Shown here: piece by piece, positions 12,957 to 26,712 of the stretch
How positions within the stretch are numbered: the first letter of the stretch is position 1
How the letters are laid out: every line of letters starts with the position of its first letter
Assembly: GCF_009914755.1 (NCBI RefSeq)
Contig: NC_060927.1
DNA: 64,000 bases
Reading direction: 5' to 3' (one strand)
DNA from: the human T2T-CHM13v2.0 reference genome, Homo sapiens
Position numbers and translations under genes: made by a program
The notes under the pieces: generated by a model
Seen by the model: the letters and a program-made list of their open reading frames with translations, nothing else
Told to the model about the DNA's origin: nothing
Database searches by the model: none

Positions 12957-13749
12957 TAGCCCGGTCAAAAAAAAATGAGCAAGATAAAAGAACAAGTATT
13001 TCAGAGAAAAGTAAAGGCTTTTGGTCCCATACGAAGAAATATGCAACCTCAACCCTCAACAGACATCAGAGATATACACAACGTAAATTATTTCATGCTC
13101 ACCATTTTGGCAAAGTCAATACCAAGTGATAGCAATATTATAGCACAATAGAAAGTCACACACTGCTTTGAGATTGTAAATTGGTACAATCACTTTGGAA
13201 AAGAGTTTGTATGACTAAGTAAAATTGAAGATATGTATATCCTATAACCCTTCTTGCACACCAAGAAATGTGTAGAAGAACATTCACTACTATATTGTTT
13301 ATATTATATGTATCTATAGTTTATAATACATGAAAACCAGAAAAAATACAAATGTCCATCTACAGTAAAATGGAAAAATACACTGAATATCAGTGGAAAA
13401 CTATGGAGCAGGGAAAATAAACATCATCTTGGATAAACTTAAAAAACATAACCTTGAGCAAAAAAAATGGAGACACAAAAGCATACACTTAGAAGATGTC
13501 ATTTATGTACTGCTCCAAAACAGACAAAACTAAACAATATAATTGGGAATAAAGTACAGGTTCTAAAACTGTAAAGAAGAGCAAGGAAAGCTGAACACAA
13601 AAATGAAGCTAAAAGTTAGTGATGGCAGAGAGAGAAAAATGTAATCAGAGCGGGACACATAGAGGTTTCTTCTTAGAAGAAGTGATAATTTTCTTTCTTA
13701 AATAAAAACAATTTTGAAATGATAATAACAAAATTTTAAATGTTTTATT

Positions 13750-13873
13750 TTTTTTTTAAATTTTTTTTATTTTTATTTTTTTTTGAGACGGAGTCTCACT
13801 CTGTCGCCCAGGCTGGAGTGCAGTGGTGCAATCTTGGCTCACTGGAAGCTCCGCCTCCCGGGTTCATGCCATT
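13750..13873 (-). mobile_element. 5'-truncated AluY (3' end of right arm only)
   Basis: gagacggagtctc...aagctccgcctcccgggttcatgccatt; TSD ttaaatgttttatt at 13736-13749 and 13872-13885. Confidence 0.9.
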
Positions 13874-14744
13874 AAATGTTTTATTCTTAACCTACGTGGT
13901 GATGCATAGGTTGTTTGATTATAATATATAATAACACATTATAGTACAGATGGATATATATATATATGTTTTCTTTTTCTTTGTGTACTTTGTATACTTG
14001 ATATTTATTTCTCTAAGAAAAGAAACTTCTATTTCTAGTAATGACTGATCAGATCATTGAGACCAACCTCTCCACTGAGAACAGCTACAAAAGCTAAACA
14101 CAATAATAATGACAACAATAATAATTATTTTTAAATAAATATTTTAATAAAGAAAATGTTTGAAGCCTTCAGAGGATGAATAAAGCAGAAAGGATAACCA
14201 GGTCATGCTTTAAAAGAAGATATAATCCAAGAATTTGAGGCTACTTTCCCCCCAGGTAATTTGTTAATTCTAGAAGAGGAGGCTGACAGTCTGAGAGTCC
14301 AAACAGTGCTCTTGACACTTTTGTGAGTCAGGTGGACTTCCCCGGAGGAAGAAGATAATATAATCCAAGACCTTAGTTATTGGGTTTATGTTGGAAAATC
14401 AATTAATATAACATATTTTTTCAATACAACATTAACTTAATTAAGGGGAATTCATGTGATTATCTGCATAGATACAGAAAAAGCATTTTTTAAAAAATCA
14501 ACAATTAGTTAGTTAAAAAAAAAAACTCCTAACAAATGAGGAATAGAAGATAACTTTCTGAATGAGATAATGGATATTTTCAGCAAGCCCACTGTAAAAA
14601 AAATTAAATTTATGATGAAAGATGGAGTTTTCCCCTGATCATCATTTCTATTCAACATTGTACTTGAGGTTCAAGCCAGTGCAATAAAGAAAAATAAATA
14701 AAAGGTATAAAGATGATAAAGGAAGAAATAAAATCAGTTGAGCA

Positions 14745-14879
14745 GGCCAGGCGTGGTGGCTCATGCCTGTAATTCCAGAACTTTGGGAGGCCCAGGTGGG
14801 TGGATCAGCTGAGGTCAGGATTTAGAGACCAGGCTGGCCAATATGGCAGAACCCCATCTCAAAAAAAAAAAAAAAAAAA
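14745..14879 (+). mobile_element. Monomeric Alu (left arm plus poly-A)
   Basis: ggccaggcgtggtggctca...accccatctc followed directly by A19; TSD tcagttgagca at 14734-14744 and 14882-14892. Confidence 0.9.
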
Positions 14880-14942
14880 TTTCAGTTGAGCAACATATGA
14901 GAAAATAAATGAAACTTGACCTCTACACTATATGTTAAATTA

Positions 14943-15155
14943 CTGATTCTCAACTGAAAGGAATTTTGCAACCCCTCCCCAACCCCCATAAGGGAACATT
15001 TGGCAATTCTAGGGACAATTTTATTGACATAACTGGCATCTAGCGGGCAGAAGCTAGGGATGCCACTAAATATCCAACAATGCACAGGACAGCCCCCACA
15101 ACAAAGAATTACTCACTCAGAAATGTCCATGGTGCAGAGACTGAGAAACCCTATG
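14943..15155. mobile_element. MER20 hAT MITE
   Basis: gattctcaac...acatttggcaattctagggaca...ctggcatctag...aatgcacaggacagcccccacaacaaagaatta...tgagaaaccct. Confidence 0.88.
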
Positions 15156-15189
15156 CTAATCAGCTCCATCAGTGGAACATCCATAGTGC

Positions 15190-15569
15190 AGATGGTCCCT
15201 GATGTGGGTCTGGTTTGAGTTAGGATTTTCTGACTTTACAATGGTGTGAGAGTGGCACGTATTCAGTAGAAATTGTATACTTTGAGTACCCATGCAACCA
15301 TTCTGTTTTTCACTTTCAGTACAGTGTTTAATAAATGACATGAGATATTCAACAAAACAAATAGATATTCAACACAAAGTAGGCTTTGTGTTAAATGATT
15401 TTTTCCCAACTGTGGGCTAATGTAAGTGTTCTGAGCACATTTAAGGTAGGCTAGGCTAGGCTATGATGTCCAGTAAGTTAGATGTATTAAATGCATTTTT
15501 TACTTATATTTTCAACTTAGGATGGGTTTATCAAGATGTAGCCCCATCCTAAGTTGAAGGTCATCTGTA
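15190..15569 (-). mobile_element. MER47A (Tigger-derived) MITE
   Basis: cagatggtccc...gtgttctgagcacatttaaggtaggctaggctaggctatgatg...aagttgaaggtcatctg; inverted termini cagatg/catctg. Confidence 0.85.
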
Positions 15570-17518
15570 GATCAAAATGGGAAAGGTAAAGCAAAAAGGC
15601 TTTTAGACGATAACACAGGAAATATATGTTTGACCTCAGGATAGGTAAAGATTGATGAAAAAGGACACCAAAAGCATCAACAATGAAGAAAAAGATTCAT
15701 CGAGTAAACTATATTAAAATTAAAATTTTCTGTTCAAAAATCACCAAAAAGGGAAGAAAAGGGCAAGAGCAGAAGATATTTCCAACTCATATAAAAATTA
15801 GAAGACTCTTATCTAAAGTGTATAAAGAACCTATACAAATCACGAGAAACAGACAACCCATCGGGGGAAAAATAGGCAATGGACTTGAACTTCACAAAAG
15901 AAGATATCCAAATGTCCGATAAACATATGAAAAGATGCTCTATCTCATTAGTCATTAAAATAAAGCTAACTAAAACTATAATGAGGTACCATTATTCTCC
16001 CACCAGAATGGTTAAAATTAAAGATTGACAATACCAAGTATTGGCCAAGGACATGGAGAAATGAACACTCATATACTGCTACTAAGGAAAGGTTTTTACA
16101 CCCATTCTGGAAAACCATTTGGCAGTGAACACACGTATACCCTAGGATCCAGCAATTCTACTCCTAGCTATGTACCCAATAGTACTGTGTACATTTGTGC
16201 ACTCAAAAAGTGTGTACAACAATGTTCATAGCAGCATTATGCATAATATCCTCAAACTGGAATCAACCTAAATGTCCATCAATAATAGAAGACACAAACC
16301 AATTATGTTATATTTACACAATGGCATTCTTTGCAGAATTAAAATAAATATTAGCTATGTACAACATAATGGGCTAATCTCATAAAAATAATGTTCAGGG
16401 AAAGAAGCAAGACACAAATGAATACCTACATGATTGCGTTTGTATAAGTTTCAAAAATAGGTAAAACTAATCTATAGTATTAGAAGGCAGGATAGTGGTT
16501 ATCTTCCAGACAGAAAGGGGTCAATGGCTGCAGAGAATAATGAGGGGCTTGTATTGTTAAGTTCTATTTCTTAAGTAGATATGTTCATTTTCTGAAAATG
16601 CATTAATTGTATACTTACTATTTGTGCCTTTTTATCTTTATGGTATACTACACTTCAATAAATACGTAAAAAATTAAATGCAAAGTAGAAGGAAGAAAAT
16701 AAGATAAGAGAAGAACTTAATAAATTAGAAAACAAATGCACAATATAGAAAATCAACAGGCCAAAGTTGGTTCTTTGAAGAAAAACCCAGAGAAACTAAT
16801 TAAGGAAAAGAGAGAATACATAAGTAGATAATTTAGAGAACATGAAAGTGATCATCACTACAGATTCATCAGACACTTGAGAATCATAAAGATAGTATTA
16901 ATAACTTTATCACAATAAATTTCAAAACTTAGATAAAATGGACACAGTACAGAAAAATATAACTTATAAAAGCTGACTCAAGATGAAGTAGAAATTCTGA
17001 AGAATCCTAAAATTATGAGTAAATTATGCCAAATACTAAAGAAAGAAATAATGCCAGATATTACAAGAACTCTACCAGAAAACAGGAAAAGAAGAAATTC
17101 TTCCTAGCTAGTTTTATGGGACCTGCATCACTTTGAGTCCAAAATCAACAAAGATATGAGAAAGGAAAATTACAGGCCAATCTTGTTTATTAATATAGAT
17201 GCAAAATCACAGTCAAAGTATTAGCAAAATTAATCCAGTGAGAATAGTAAGAATCAGGAAAAATGCTACACAATCAAGTTGGGTGCTACAGCAATGCAAG
17301 TTTGGTTAATGCTAGAAAAGCAATAAGTTAAAATGTACTGATAGAGGGTAACCTGGAACAAACATGATGAAAGTTTCCCCTCTGAGACTGAACGTGAAAT
17401 AAGAGTGTTGGCTCTGCTATCTATCACCACTTCTGTTCAACATTCGCTGGGGGTTCTTGCCAATGCAACAAAAGGAAATACAGAGAAGGAAAAAAACAGG
17501 ATAAAAGAAATATCAATG

Positions 17519-17828
17519 GGCCAGGTGCAGTAGCTCATGACTATAATCCTAGCACTTTGGGAGGCCAAGGCAGGTGGATTGCCTGAGCTCAGGAGATTGA
17601 GACCAGCCTGGGCAACACGGCGAGACCCCATCTCTACTAAAAATACAAAAAAAAAAAAAAATTAGCCAGGCATGGTGGCACATGCCTGTAGTCCCAGCTA
17701 CTCAGGAGGCTGAGGCACAAGAATCGCTGGAACCTGGGAGGCAGAGGTTCCAGCCTAGACAACTGCACTCCAGCCTAGACAACATAATGAGACCCTGTTT
17801 CCAAAAAAAAAAGAAAGAAAAGAAAAAA
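17519..17828 (+). mobile_element. Alu (J/S), with internal replacement in right arm
   Basis: Dimeric Alu, A-rich linker and tail. Confidence 0.92.
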
Positions 17829-18090
17829 CATATAAAAATTATATATTTTTATGCATAAACTATTACGATTACCATTAATAGTCAATTGAGCAAGGTTTGG
17901 ACATGGGTCAACAGTCAAAATCAAGTGTGTATTTATATAGCAGCCACAAACAATTAGAAAATATTTTTAAAGCTATCACTTACAATAGCATCAAAAAGTA
18001 TTTAATACCTAAGAATAAATCTACAGAAAGATACAGAAGATGTCTGCACTAAAAACTATAAAATGTTATTGACAGAAATTAAAGAAGACT

Positions 18091-18400
18091 GACCAGATGC
18101 AGTGGCTTACACCCATAATCCCAGCAGTTTAGGAGGCAAAGGCAGGAGAATCTTTGAGCCCAGGAGTTTGAGACCAGCCTGGGCAACATAGTGAGACATT
18201 ATCTCTACAAAAAAAAAATAAAAATAAAAATTGACAGAGCATGGTGGCACATGCCTGTAGTCCCAACTACTCTGGAGGCTGAGGTGGGAGGATCGCTTGG
18301 GCCCAGGTCAAGGCTGCAAGCGAGCCGTGATCATGACTCTGCACCACAACAGAGCAAGACCCTGTCTCAAAAAGCAATTAACTAATTAATTAATTAATTA
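18091..18400 (+). mobile_element. AluJ
   Basis: tttgagcccaggagtttgagaccagcctgggcaacatagtgaga; gaggtgggaggatcgcttg; (TTAA)n tail. Confidence 0.9.
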
Positions 18401-18547
18401 AAGGAGATTTGTTATATCAAGTACATGGATTAGAAAATTAACTGCTATAGATATATCCAATATCTATGGCATTTTTCTATGGCATTTAATTTCTTCAATT
18501 TGATCTATAAGTTCAATGTAATTCCAATAAAAATTCAAGCAGGGGTG

Positions 18548-18549
<2 letters not shown>

Positions 18550-18591
<42 letters not shown>
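18550..18591 (+). repeat. (TG)n microsatellite
   Basis: About 20 perfect TG units. Confidence 0.97.
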
Positions 18592-18592
<1 letters not shown>

Positions 18593-18966
18593 AAACTGAC
18601 AAGCTAATTATAAAATTTATATGTAAATGAAAACAATTTTAAAATGCTAAGATATTCTTGAAGAAGAAAAAAAAATGGAGGATTAAATCTACCAGACATC
18701 CAGTCTTCCTCATGATTGAGCTTCAGTATTTAAGACACTATGATATTGGTGCAAGGATAGATAAATACACATAGATAATGAGTCATGTAAGATACTTAAT
18801 ATGGGACAAAGGTGGCACCGATGAGCTATGGGGAAAAGACAGTGTTTAAATTAAATGGTTTTGGGTAAACTGGATAGCCACCTATTCCCTACTTCCCACC
18901 ATCCATGAAAATCAATTCCAAGTGGATGATAGCTCTAAAGAAAAGATAAAGCAATAAGCTTCTAGA

Positions 18967-19185
18967 ACTGCACTATCCTATATAGTAGCCACTAGTCATA
19001 TGTAGCTATTTAAGTTTTTAGATTAATCAAAACTAAATACAATTAAAATTTTCTCAGTTAAAAGTTGCGCAGTTTCTCAGTTGCACTAGTGACATTTCAA
19101 GTACACAATAGCCACATGTGGCTCTTAGCTACCACACACACAGAACCTTTCCATCATCACAGAAAGTTATATTGGAGAGCAGCAA
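18967..19185 (-). mobile_element. MER3 MITE
   Basis: tagtagccactagtcatatgtagctatttaa...cacaatagccacatgtggct...tttccatcatcacagaaagttatattgg. Confidence 0.8.
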
Positions 19186-19192
19186 TCTAAAA

Positions 19193-19402
19193 CAGGGTTC
19201 AGCAAACTATGGCCCACCGGATGTTTTGATAAATAAAGTTTTATTGGAATACACGCATACCCATTCATTCACTTGTTGTTTATGGCTACTTTTACACTAC
19301 AATGGCAGAGTTGAGAAGTTGTGAGAGAGATCATATGACCCACAAAGCCTAAAATATTTACTATCTTACCCTTTTCAGTGAAAGTTTGCAGACCTCGACT
19401 CT
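19193..19402 (+). mobile_element. MER58A hAT MITE
   Basis: cagggttcagcaaactatggccc...aaataaagttttattggaa...aaagcctaaaatatttactatct...aaagtttgcagacc. Confidence 0.88.
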
Positions 19403-19909
19403 AGAAGATAACAGGGAGAATTTATTTGTAATCTTGGGATCTTGACCAGGTCATGAAATATAATCGGGAAGATGAATTGAACAAAGCTTAAATTAAGAAC
19501 TTCTATTTTTCAAAAGACATTATTCAGAAGACTGAAAAGGCAAACCACAGAATGAAAGAAGATATTTGTAACATATATAAGAACAAACGACTCTTTTGCA
19601 GAATATACAAAGAATGTATACAAATCAATAAGAAAAATTAAAATGGTCAAGAGGTTGGAATAGGTATGTCACAGCACCCCAAAAAAAGAACACCCAAATG
19701 GCAAATAAATCAAAAAGTGCTCAGCAATGCCAATTCTTCCAAATTAATCTATAGATTCAATGCATTCCCAATCAAAATCCTGGCAAGGTATATTGTGGGC
19801 ACTGACAAACTGGATTCTAAAGTTTATATGGAAAAGCTCAAGACCCAAAATAGCCAACACAACGTTGAAGGAGAAGGAGAGGACTGACATGGCCTGGCTT
19901 CAAGATTTA

Positions 19910-20353
<444 letters not shown>

Positions 20354-21757
20354 CTAATGAAGAAAGGATAACGTTTCAATAAACAGTGCTGGAACAGCTG
20401 GACATCCCTATGCAAATATAAAAAAAAAGTAAATCTAAATGCAGACCTATGCCCTGCACAAAACTTAACCCAAAATGAATCATAAACCTAAACATAAAAT
20501 GCAAAACTATAAAATTTCTAAAAGATAACATAGGAGAAAATCTAAGCTTGATGATGGGGTTTTAGATACAACATCAAAAGTAAGATCTATGGAGAAAAAT
20601 CTGTAAGTAGGAATTCATTAAAATTAAAAACTTCTGCTTTATAAAAGCTGCTGTTAAGTGAATGAAAAGACAAGCCACAGACTGGGGAAATAAAAGAATT
20701 GCAAAAGATATATCAGATAAAAGACTTCTATTCAAAATATAGAAAGAACTCTTGAACTCAACAATAAGAAAACAACCCAATTTTAAAGTAGAGAAAGATC
20801 TAAACAAACAATTCATCAGTGAAGATATACAGATGGCAAATAAGCATATAAAAAGATGCTCAAATTTTTATGCTCTTGGAGAACTTCAAATGAAAGCAAT
20901 CAGATACACTACCACATGTTATAATGGCTAAAATCCCCAAACTGACAGTACCAGGAAGTCTCATTCATTGCTGATAGGAATGAAAAAATAGTACAGCCAC
21001 TTTGGAAGACAGTTTGGCAGTTTCTCAAAAAAGTGTTCATGTTCTTACCATACGACCCCACAATGACCCTTCCTGGTATTTACCCAAATGAGATGAGAAC
21101 TTACATCCACACAAAAACCTGCACATGAATGTTTATAGCAGCTTTACCCATAATTGCCAAAAAGTGGAAGCAAACAAGATGTTCTTCAATATGTGAATGG
21201 AAAAACAAACTGTGGAATATTAACCCAAATGATAGACTATTAAAAAATGATAAAAAAGTGATAAAAACAAATTAACTATCGAGTCACACAAAAAAAAACA
21301 TGGAGGAAACTTAAGTGCATATTACTAAGTGAAAGAAGCCAATCTGAAAAGTCTACTTACTGTATGAGTCCAACTATATGACATTCCCAAGAAGGCAAAA
21401 CTATAGACTGAAAAAAAGATCACTGGTTCCCAAAGATTTGGGGGATGTGAAAAGGTATGGATAGGTTATGCACAGATTTTTAGAATGGTAAAACTACTCC
21501 GCATGATGTTATAATGGTGAATACATGACATTATGCATTGGTAAAACCCATAGAATTATACAAATTAAGGTTCACGAAGAGTGAACCTTAATATACATAG
21601 TGAACTTTAGTTAATAGTAATGTATCAGTATTGGTTCATTAGTTATAACAAATGTACCACACCAATGCAAGATGTTAGTTATAGGAAAAACTGTGTTGTG
21701 TGAGGGAGAGGGTATATGGGAATTCTCTGTACTATGTGTTAAATATTTTTTTTAATA

Positions 21758-22049
<292 letters not shown>

Positions 22050-22384
22050 TAAATTTTTAAAGATGTTCAACCTCATTGGGCATGATGGAAATACAAATTA
22101 AGCTATAACGAAATACCACTAAATGCCTGCCATGGGGACTAATAGTAAAAAGAAAATATCGAATTGGCCAAGATCCATTCATCTACTGAAACCAGAATCT
22201 CACGCAAGTGCTGGTGGGAATAAAAACTTTAGAAAACAGTTGAACATTAGCTAATGAAGATAAACATATCAGTACTTTATGACTCGGGAGTTCCATTCCT
22301 AAATATACGCCCAACAGAAATGCATTCACATGAATGCCAGGGAGACATATGCAAGAATACTCACAGCAACATTATTCATAAAAG

Positions 22385-22535
22385 CCTCTCTGAGTCTAAT
22401 TTGCAAACTGAGAAGAGTAATAATTCCCACCCAGGACTGTGGTGAGGATTAAATATCATCAATACGAAGTACTCAGTGCTCCATGTGGCATGTGATATGT
22501 CCATGGTGAGTGGAAGCAAGCGTTTATTATTATTT
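22385..22535 (+). mobile_element. MIR fragment
   Basis: cctctctgagtctaatttgc...ggactgtggtgaggattaaat. Confidence 0.55.
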
Positions 22536-22541
22536 GTGGCC

Positions 22542-23090
22542 TGCATCAATCAGGTTCTCGGTTGCAAAAAACAAAAACAAAGACAAAAAACAGAAATTTA
22601 CTCTGACTTGCTGCACCGAAAGATGGCATTTATTAATAGGATATTGCACTGGTCTCTGAATCTATCAGAATAATGGAGAACCACGCTCAAAAAGTAGTCA
22701 GGAAACTAGGAGGCCAGGTGGCAAAACACTCCCCAGGTGGGGCCACTGAAATAGCTGGGTTAGATCACTTATGCTGGCACAGCTGCTGCTAGAGACCTGT
22801 GCTGAGCCTTCTGCTTACCCGCTGCTCCTGCATGAATCACATATAACCACTGAATTTCTCACGTGGCCCTTGTCCCTGTGAGACTCCCTTAAGATTCAAA
22901 GTTCAAGTTGGGAGCATCTGGTTGGCCAAGCATAGGTCCCATATGGCCAAGAGGCCAGGGGCTGAGAAAAGGGAATGTCTGGCCCCCTTAGCCCTCTGAA
23001 GAGGGAGACAGGACTGTGCCTGTCGCCAACAAAGGATTCCTGAAAAACGGGAGTTTGGAAAGCTGGGAGCCACAAAACAACACACATCTA
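22542..23090 (-). mobile_element. Ancient MaLR LTR (MLT1K/L-like)
   Basis: atcaggttctcggttgcaa...; gggagcatctggttggccaagcataggtccca. Confidence 0.55.
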
Positions 23091-23899
23091 TTAGCAATTC
23101 CAGCACAAATCTAGAATATCTTGGTTCTATGTTTCACTTGATTCCCTTAGTTCTGTATGAAGGAACAAAGTGACAAGTAATATCTGGTTATTTAGAGAGA
23201 TGGTTCCTGCTCTCAAGGGGATTTTAGTCTAATCAGAGAAACAGACACATAGGTAGTCTAACTCCCTGCATCTCGTAGTGGAGTGGGAGGACAAAGGCTG
23301 CAGGTGAAGTCCCAAGCAGCCTTTCCGAATCTCAAGCAAATCCAAAAGAGCTAGAAGGTGTCTGTAAGCAAAAAGCCTTCTGGAAATTCCAGAGGAAAAA
23401 CACCAAGTGGGAGGGTACAAGGGCAAGGTAACAAATGCAAGAGAGCCAGGGGTCAGGAATTAGACAGGACCTGGAGGGAAGTCAGAGCAAGTCAGAACGC
23501 AGCAAGAAAGGTCTGGGGCAAGAAGACAGTGAGTGGGTATTGACCACTTGCTTTTATGGTCTGTTGGTTGCATGATTATGAGCGTGTCCAGCTGGCTTAA
23601 AGGAGTAGAGTCAATACAGACTTAAAACAATATTTGGTACCCATGGCATGCCCCTTTGATTGGCATGGTTTGACCAGGTTTATCCACTTGCTTCAAACTT
23701 GGCCATCCAGATTTTCTTTCCCAGGATCTAGAAGTGGGACACTGATAGGATCAAGAACCTCAACTAATACCATAAGTATATGTGTTCTTATCTAGAACAC
23801 ATTCTTATAAAGATGGGTGACATCTTGTCAAGCACTTGTGAGGATCTCTCCAACCTAAATTTTAAGAAACTAAGCTATATGATTTTGATAACAAAAATA

Positions 23900-24115
23900 T
23901 TTTTCTTTTTCTTTTCTTTTTTTTTTAAACAGGGTCTCTTTCTGTCTCCCAGGCTGGAGTACCATGGCACGATCACAGCTCACTGCAGCCTTGACCTCCC
24001 CGGCTCAATCAATCCACTTGCCTCAGCCTCCTGAGTAGCTGGCACGTGCCACTATGCCCTGCTCATTTTTGTATTTTTTGTAGAGACAAGGTTTTGCCAT
24101 GTTGCCCAGGCTGGA
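23900..24115 (-). mobile_element. AluJ, partial
   Basis: acagggtctctttctgtctcccaggctggagt...cacagctcactgcagccttgacctcc. Confidence 0.88.
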
Positions 24116-24254
24116 AAAAATCATTTTTTAAGATCCAAACGCCTGGATCTTTCTTAACTCAAAATGTGACATCTATGGTATGAATGTCAGATAACAGCAA
24201 ACCTTTACATTACCATGGCACTCTCTGGACTGTGGTGTTTTGGTGTTTTGACCC

Positions 24255-24362
24255 TCTCAGCAGCCCTGTGAGGATCAGGGATTATCTTTCCATTATGAAG
24301 CTGCTGAAAATGAGGTTAAGGAATAGGAAGCCACTTGCCCAAAGGCACAGTGAGCACAGCAT
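24255..24362 (-). mobile_element. MIR fragment
   Basis: cagcagccctgtgagg...gaaaatgaggttaagg...cacttgcccaaaggcacag. Confidence 0.6.
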
Positions 24363-25410
24363 ATGGTAGACTTTATGAAATGACAACAAATTCTTCCCAT
24401 CTATATGCACATCCCTTTGATGGGACTTTGCCGTTCCTCTCATTAAGATGAGGAGTCTATAGCTTTCCATTCTTTGAATCTGGGCTCAGCCATGTGATAT
24501 ACTCTGCCCCATAGGACATTAGCAAGTGTGACTCAGGCAGAAGTTTTGAAAGTGCTGACACATTGAGGTTTGCCCTCTCTTGAGCTGGGAACGTGGAGAT
24601 CACATAGGGAGAAGCCCAGGTTAGCTCCCTGGAGCATGAGAGGCCACGTGGAGAGAAAGATGCAGCCATCCCAGCTGCTGTCTGTTTTAAATGTTGGCTG
24701 TATTATTACTCAGGGATGATGAGGGTATCAGATCAGGAGATGACTGCCATTGGAAAAAAATGGCTTGTTACCCACAGATCCTAAAAGATGGAGCATCCCA
24801 CATTGCAGGGGACCAAATGGGGAAGCACCAGGGTCCATCCAGGGGCAGAGGGAGTGAGAGGAAAATGGGGCAAGAACCTCTATTTTGGTTTCCTGGGAAG
24901 GAACAGGTGAGGAAGGGTAAGCAGGTTTAAGATGGGCTAGTTTGGATAATTTCATTTGGCTCTGAGGTATAAGGGCTGTCTCTAGTTGTCTGGTACTTGG
25001 CTGTAAGGTGATTGGGGTAGGAAAATAATGGCACAGGGTATCAGAGCTCTGTAACAGAGTGGCTGGGGCTATGGGCTCTGTCTTGTTCAGTTTGCATATG
25101 GAAGGGAGAGTCATTTACCATCTGTAGGAATTGGCTCACCCTAGACGGACCAGTCTCTCCAGGGTCAGGAAGACCCCAAGATGTCAAATAATCAAAAATA
25201 CAGAAAATAAAAAGGCATGATGAATACACTGTCCCAGCTGAGGACTCAGACATGTGAGTGAGGGACTCCAGACCATCCAGTCCCAGCCAAACCAGTGAGG
25301 ACCAGAAACACCATCCAACCAACCTGCAGAATGGTGAGAAATAAATCATTGATGTTTCAAGCCACTGAGTTTGGGAGTGGTCTGTTACACAGCAAAGATG
25401 GATGCAGAAG
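24363..25410 (+). mobile_element. MLT1H-like LTR split by MER74
   Basis: tttgaatctgggctcagccatgtga...gaggccacgtggagaga; resumes at 25229, ends aagccactgagtttgggagtggtctgttacacagca. Confidence 0.75.
24683..25228 (-). mobile_element. ERVL solo LTR (MER74A-like)
   Basis: Reverse complement starts tgtattcatcatgcctttttattttctgtatttttgattatttgacatcttgggg; TG..CA ends; exact 5-bp TSD ctgtc at 24678-24682 and 25229-25233. Confidence 0.85.
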
Positions 25411-25839
25411 ATGACCCAAAACTGGCCTCTGACTGGTCCCAGGCATGTTCCATCTCCCTCCTGGTGGAGTGAGGGGTGAAAGTAGGACAATTTTGGGGTG
25501 GCGAGAAGGTATTACCAAGTCACAGCCTATTCTGTCAGGTGACAGACAGATGGGGAGGGAAGTCTCTGCACGCAGAATCCCAGCCCTCTGAAAGCTTAGG
25601 GGAAACAGCTGTCCCCCAGCCTCAAAATAGCTGCTCATTACTACTGGCTGATGCTATGCATGGTGATGACAGTGGCAATGGGGTTACACAGGGACAAATG
25701 TGTCTCACTCCTCAGGATGCTGGCTGCCGAGTCGCTGAAAACAAAACCAATTTTTCCAGGAGGGCCAAGGGTCACAAAAACAGGTAGGCAAGTATGTATG
25801 GGCTCAGGAGACACACCCAAGCCAAGAAGGCATTCCCAT

Positions 25840-26122
25840 TTGTTTTTCTTTTTCAGACAGGTTCTTGCTTTGTCGCCTAGACTGGAGTGCAGTGATGTGG
25901 TCATGGCTCACTGTAGCCTTGACCTCCTGACCTCAAGCGATCCTCCCACCTCAGCCTTCCAAGTAGCTGGGACTAGAGGCATGTGGCTAATTTTCTATTT
26001 TTTGTAGAGACAGGGTCTCACTATGTTGCCCCAGGCTGGTCTTGAACTCCTGGGCTTAGGCAATCCTCTGCCTTGGCATCTCAGAGTGCTGGGATTATAG
26101 GCGTGAGCCACTGCATCCAGCC
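25840..26122 (-). mobile_element. AluJ
   Basis: catggctcactgtagccttgacctcc...gaactcctgggcttaggcaatcc...gagccactgcatccagcc. Confidence 0.9.
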
Positions 26123-26329
26123 AACATCCCCTTTCCTGCTTGGAGCTGTCCCAGCCTACACTTGGCTGTCTGCTGTGCAGGATCCAGGAAGCGAGAGCAG
26201 CAGGACATACACATAAACTTAGTAAGGGTTACCTATGACCTCCACAGTCGGAGTGGGCCAGGAGATGGGAAGGAGAGGCCCATGAAGTGGGGGTCAACAG
26301 GATGCAATCAAGGAGGTGCCAGGTTAATG

Positions 26330-26712
26330 AACACCCAGGTTTGAAGTTCCAGCTGTACTTGTGTATGTAACCCAAAGCAAGTCAGATTTAACCTCTCTGA
26401 GCCTCAGTTTCCACATCTGCAGAATGGGGATTAGGATGAACCTCTCTTCATCCTACTTCACATGTTGGTTGTTTCCATTAAGATGGTGATGATGATGATG
26501 ATCAATTGCTACCATATAAAGAAGGCTTAGTTTAGACACCACACCAAGTACTTCCAATGAATTGTCACAGGTGGCTTATTATTATTTCCATTTTCCAAGT
26601 GAGGAAAACAAATATTAGATAGGTTAAATGACTTTCCCAAAGTCACACAGCTAGTACAAGGTAGAGGCAGGATTTGAACCAGGAATATCTGATTCTAAAT
26701 CTCAATGTCACT
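26330..26712. mobile_element. Two adjacent MIRs in opposite orientation, joined by a (GAT)n tract
   Basis: + copy: tttaacctctctgagcctcagtttccacatctg; - copy: aggttaaatgactttcccaaagtcacacagctagt...ggatttgaacc. Confidence 0.75.

Larger units (their letters stand above)
14030..16680 (+). mobile_element. Old L1M fragment B (patchy 5' region, ORF2, 3'UTR)
   Basis: atagatacagaaaaagcattt, ttctattcaacattgtacttgaggt; 3'UTR cagcaattctactcctag, aacctaaatgtccatcaa; ends cacttcaataaa ~16660. Confidence 0.8.
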
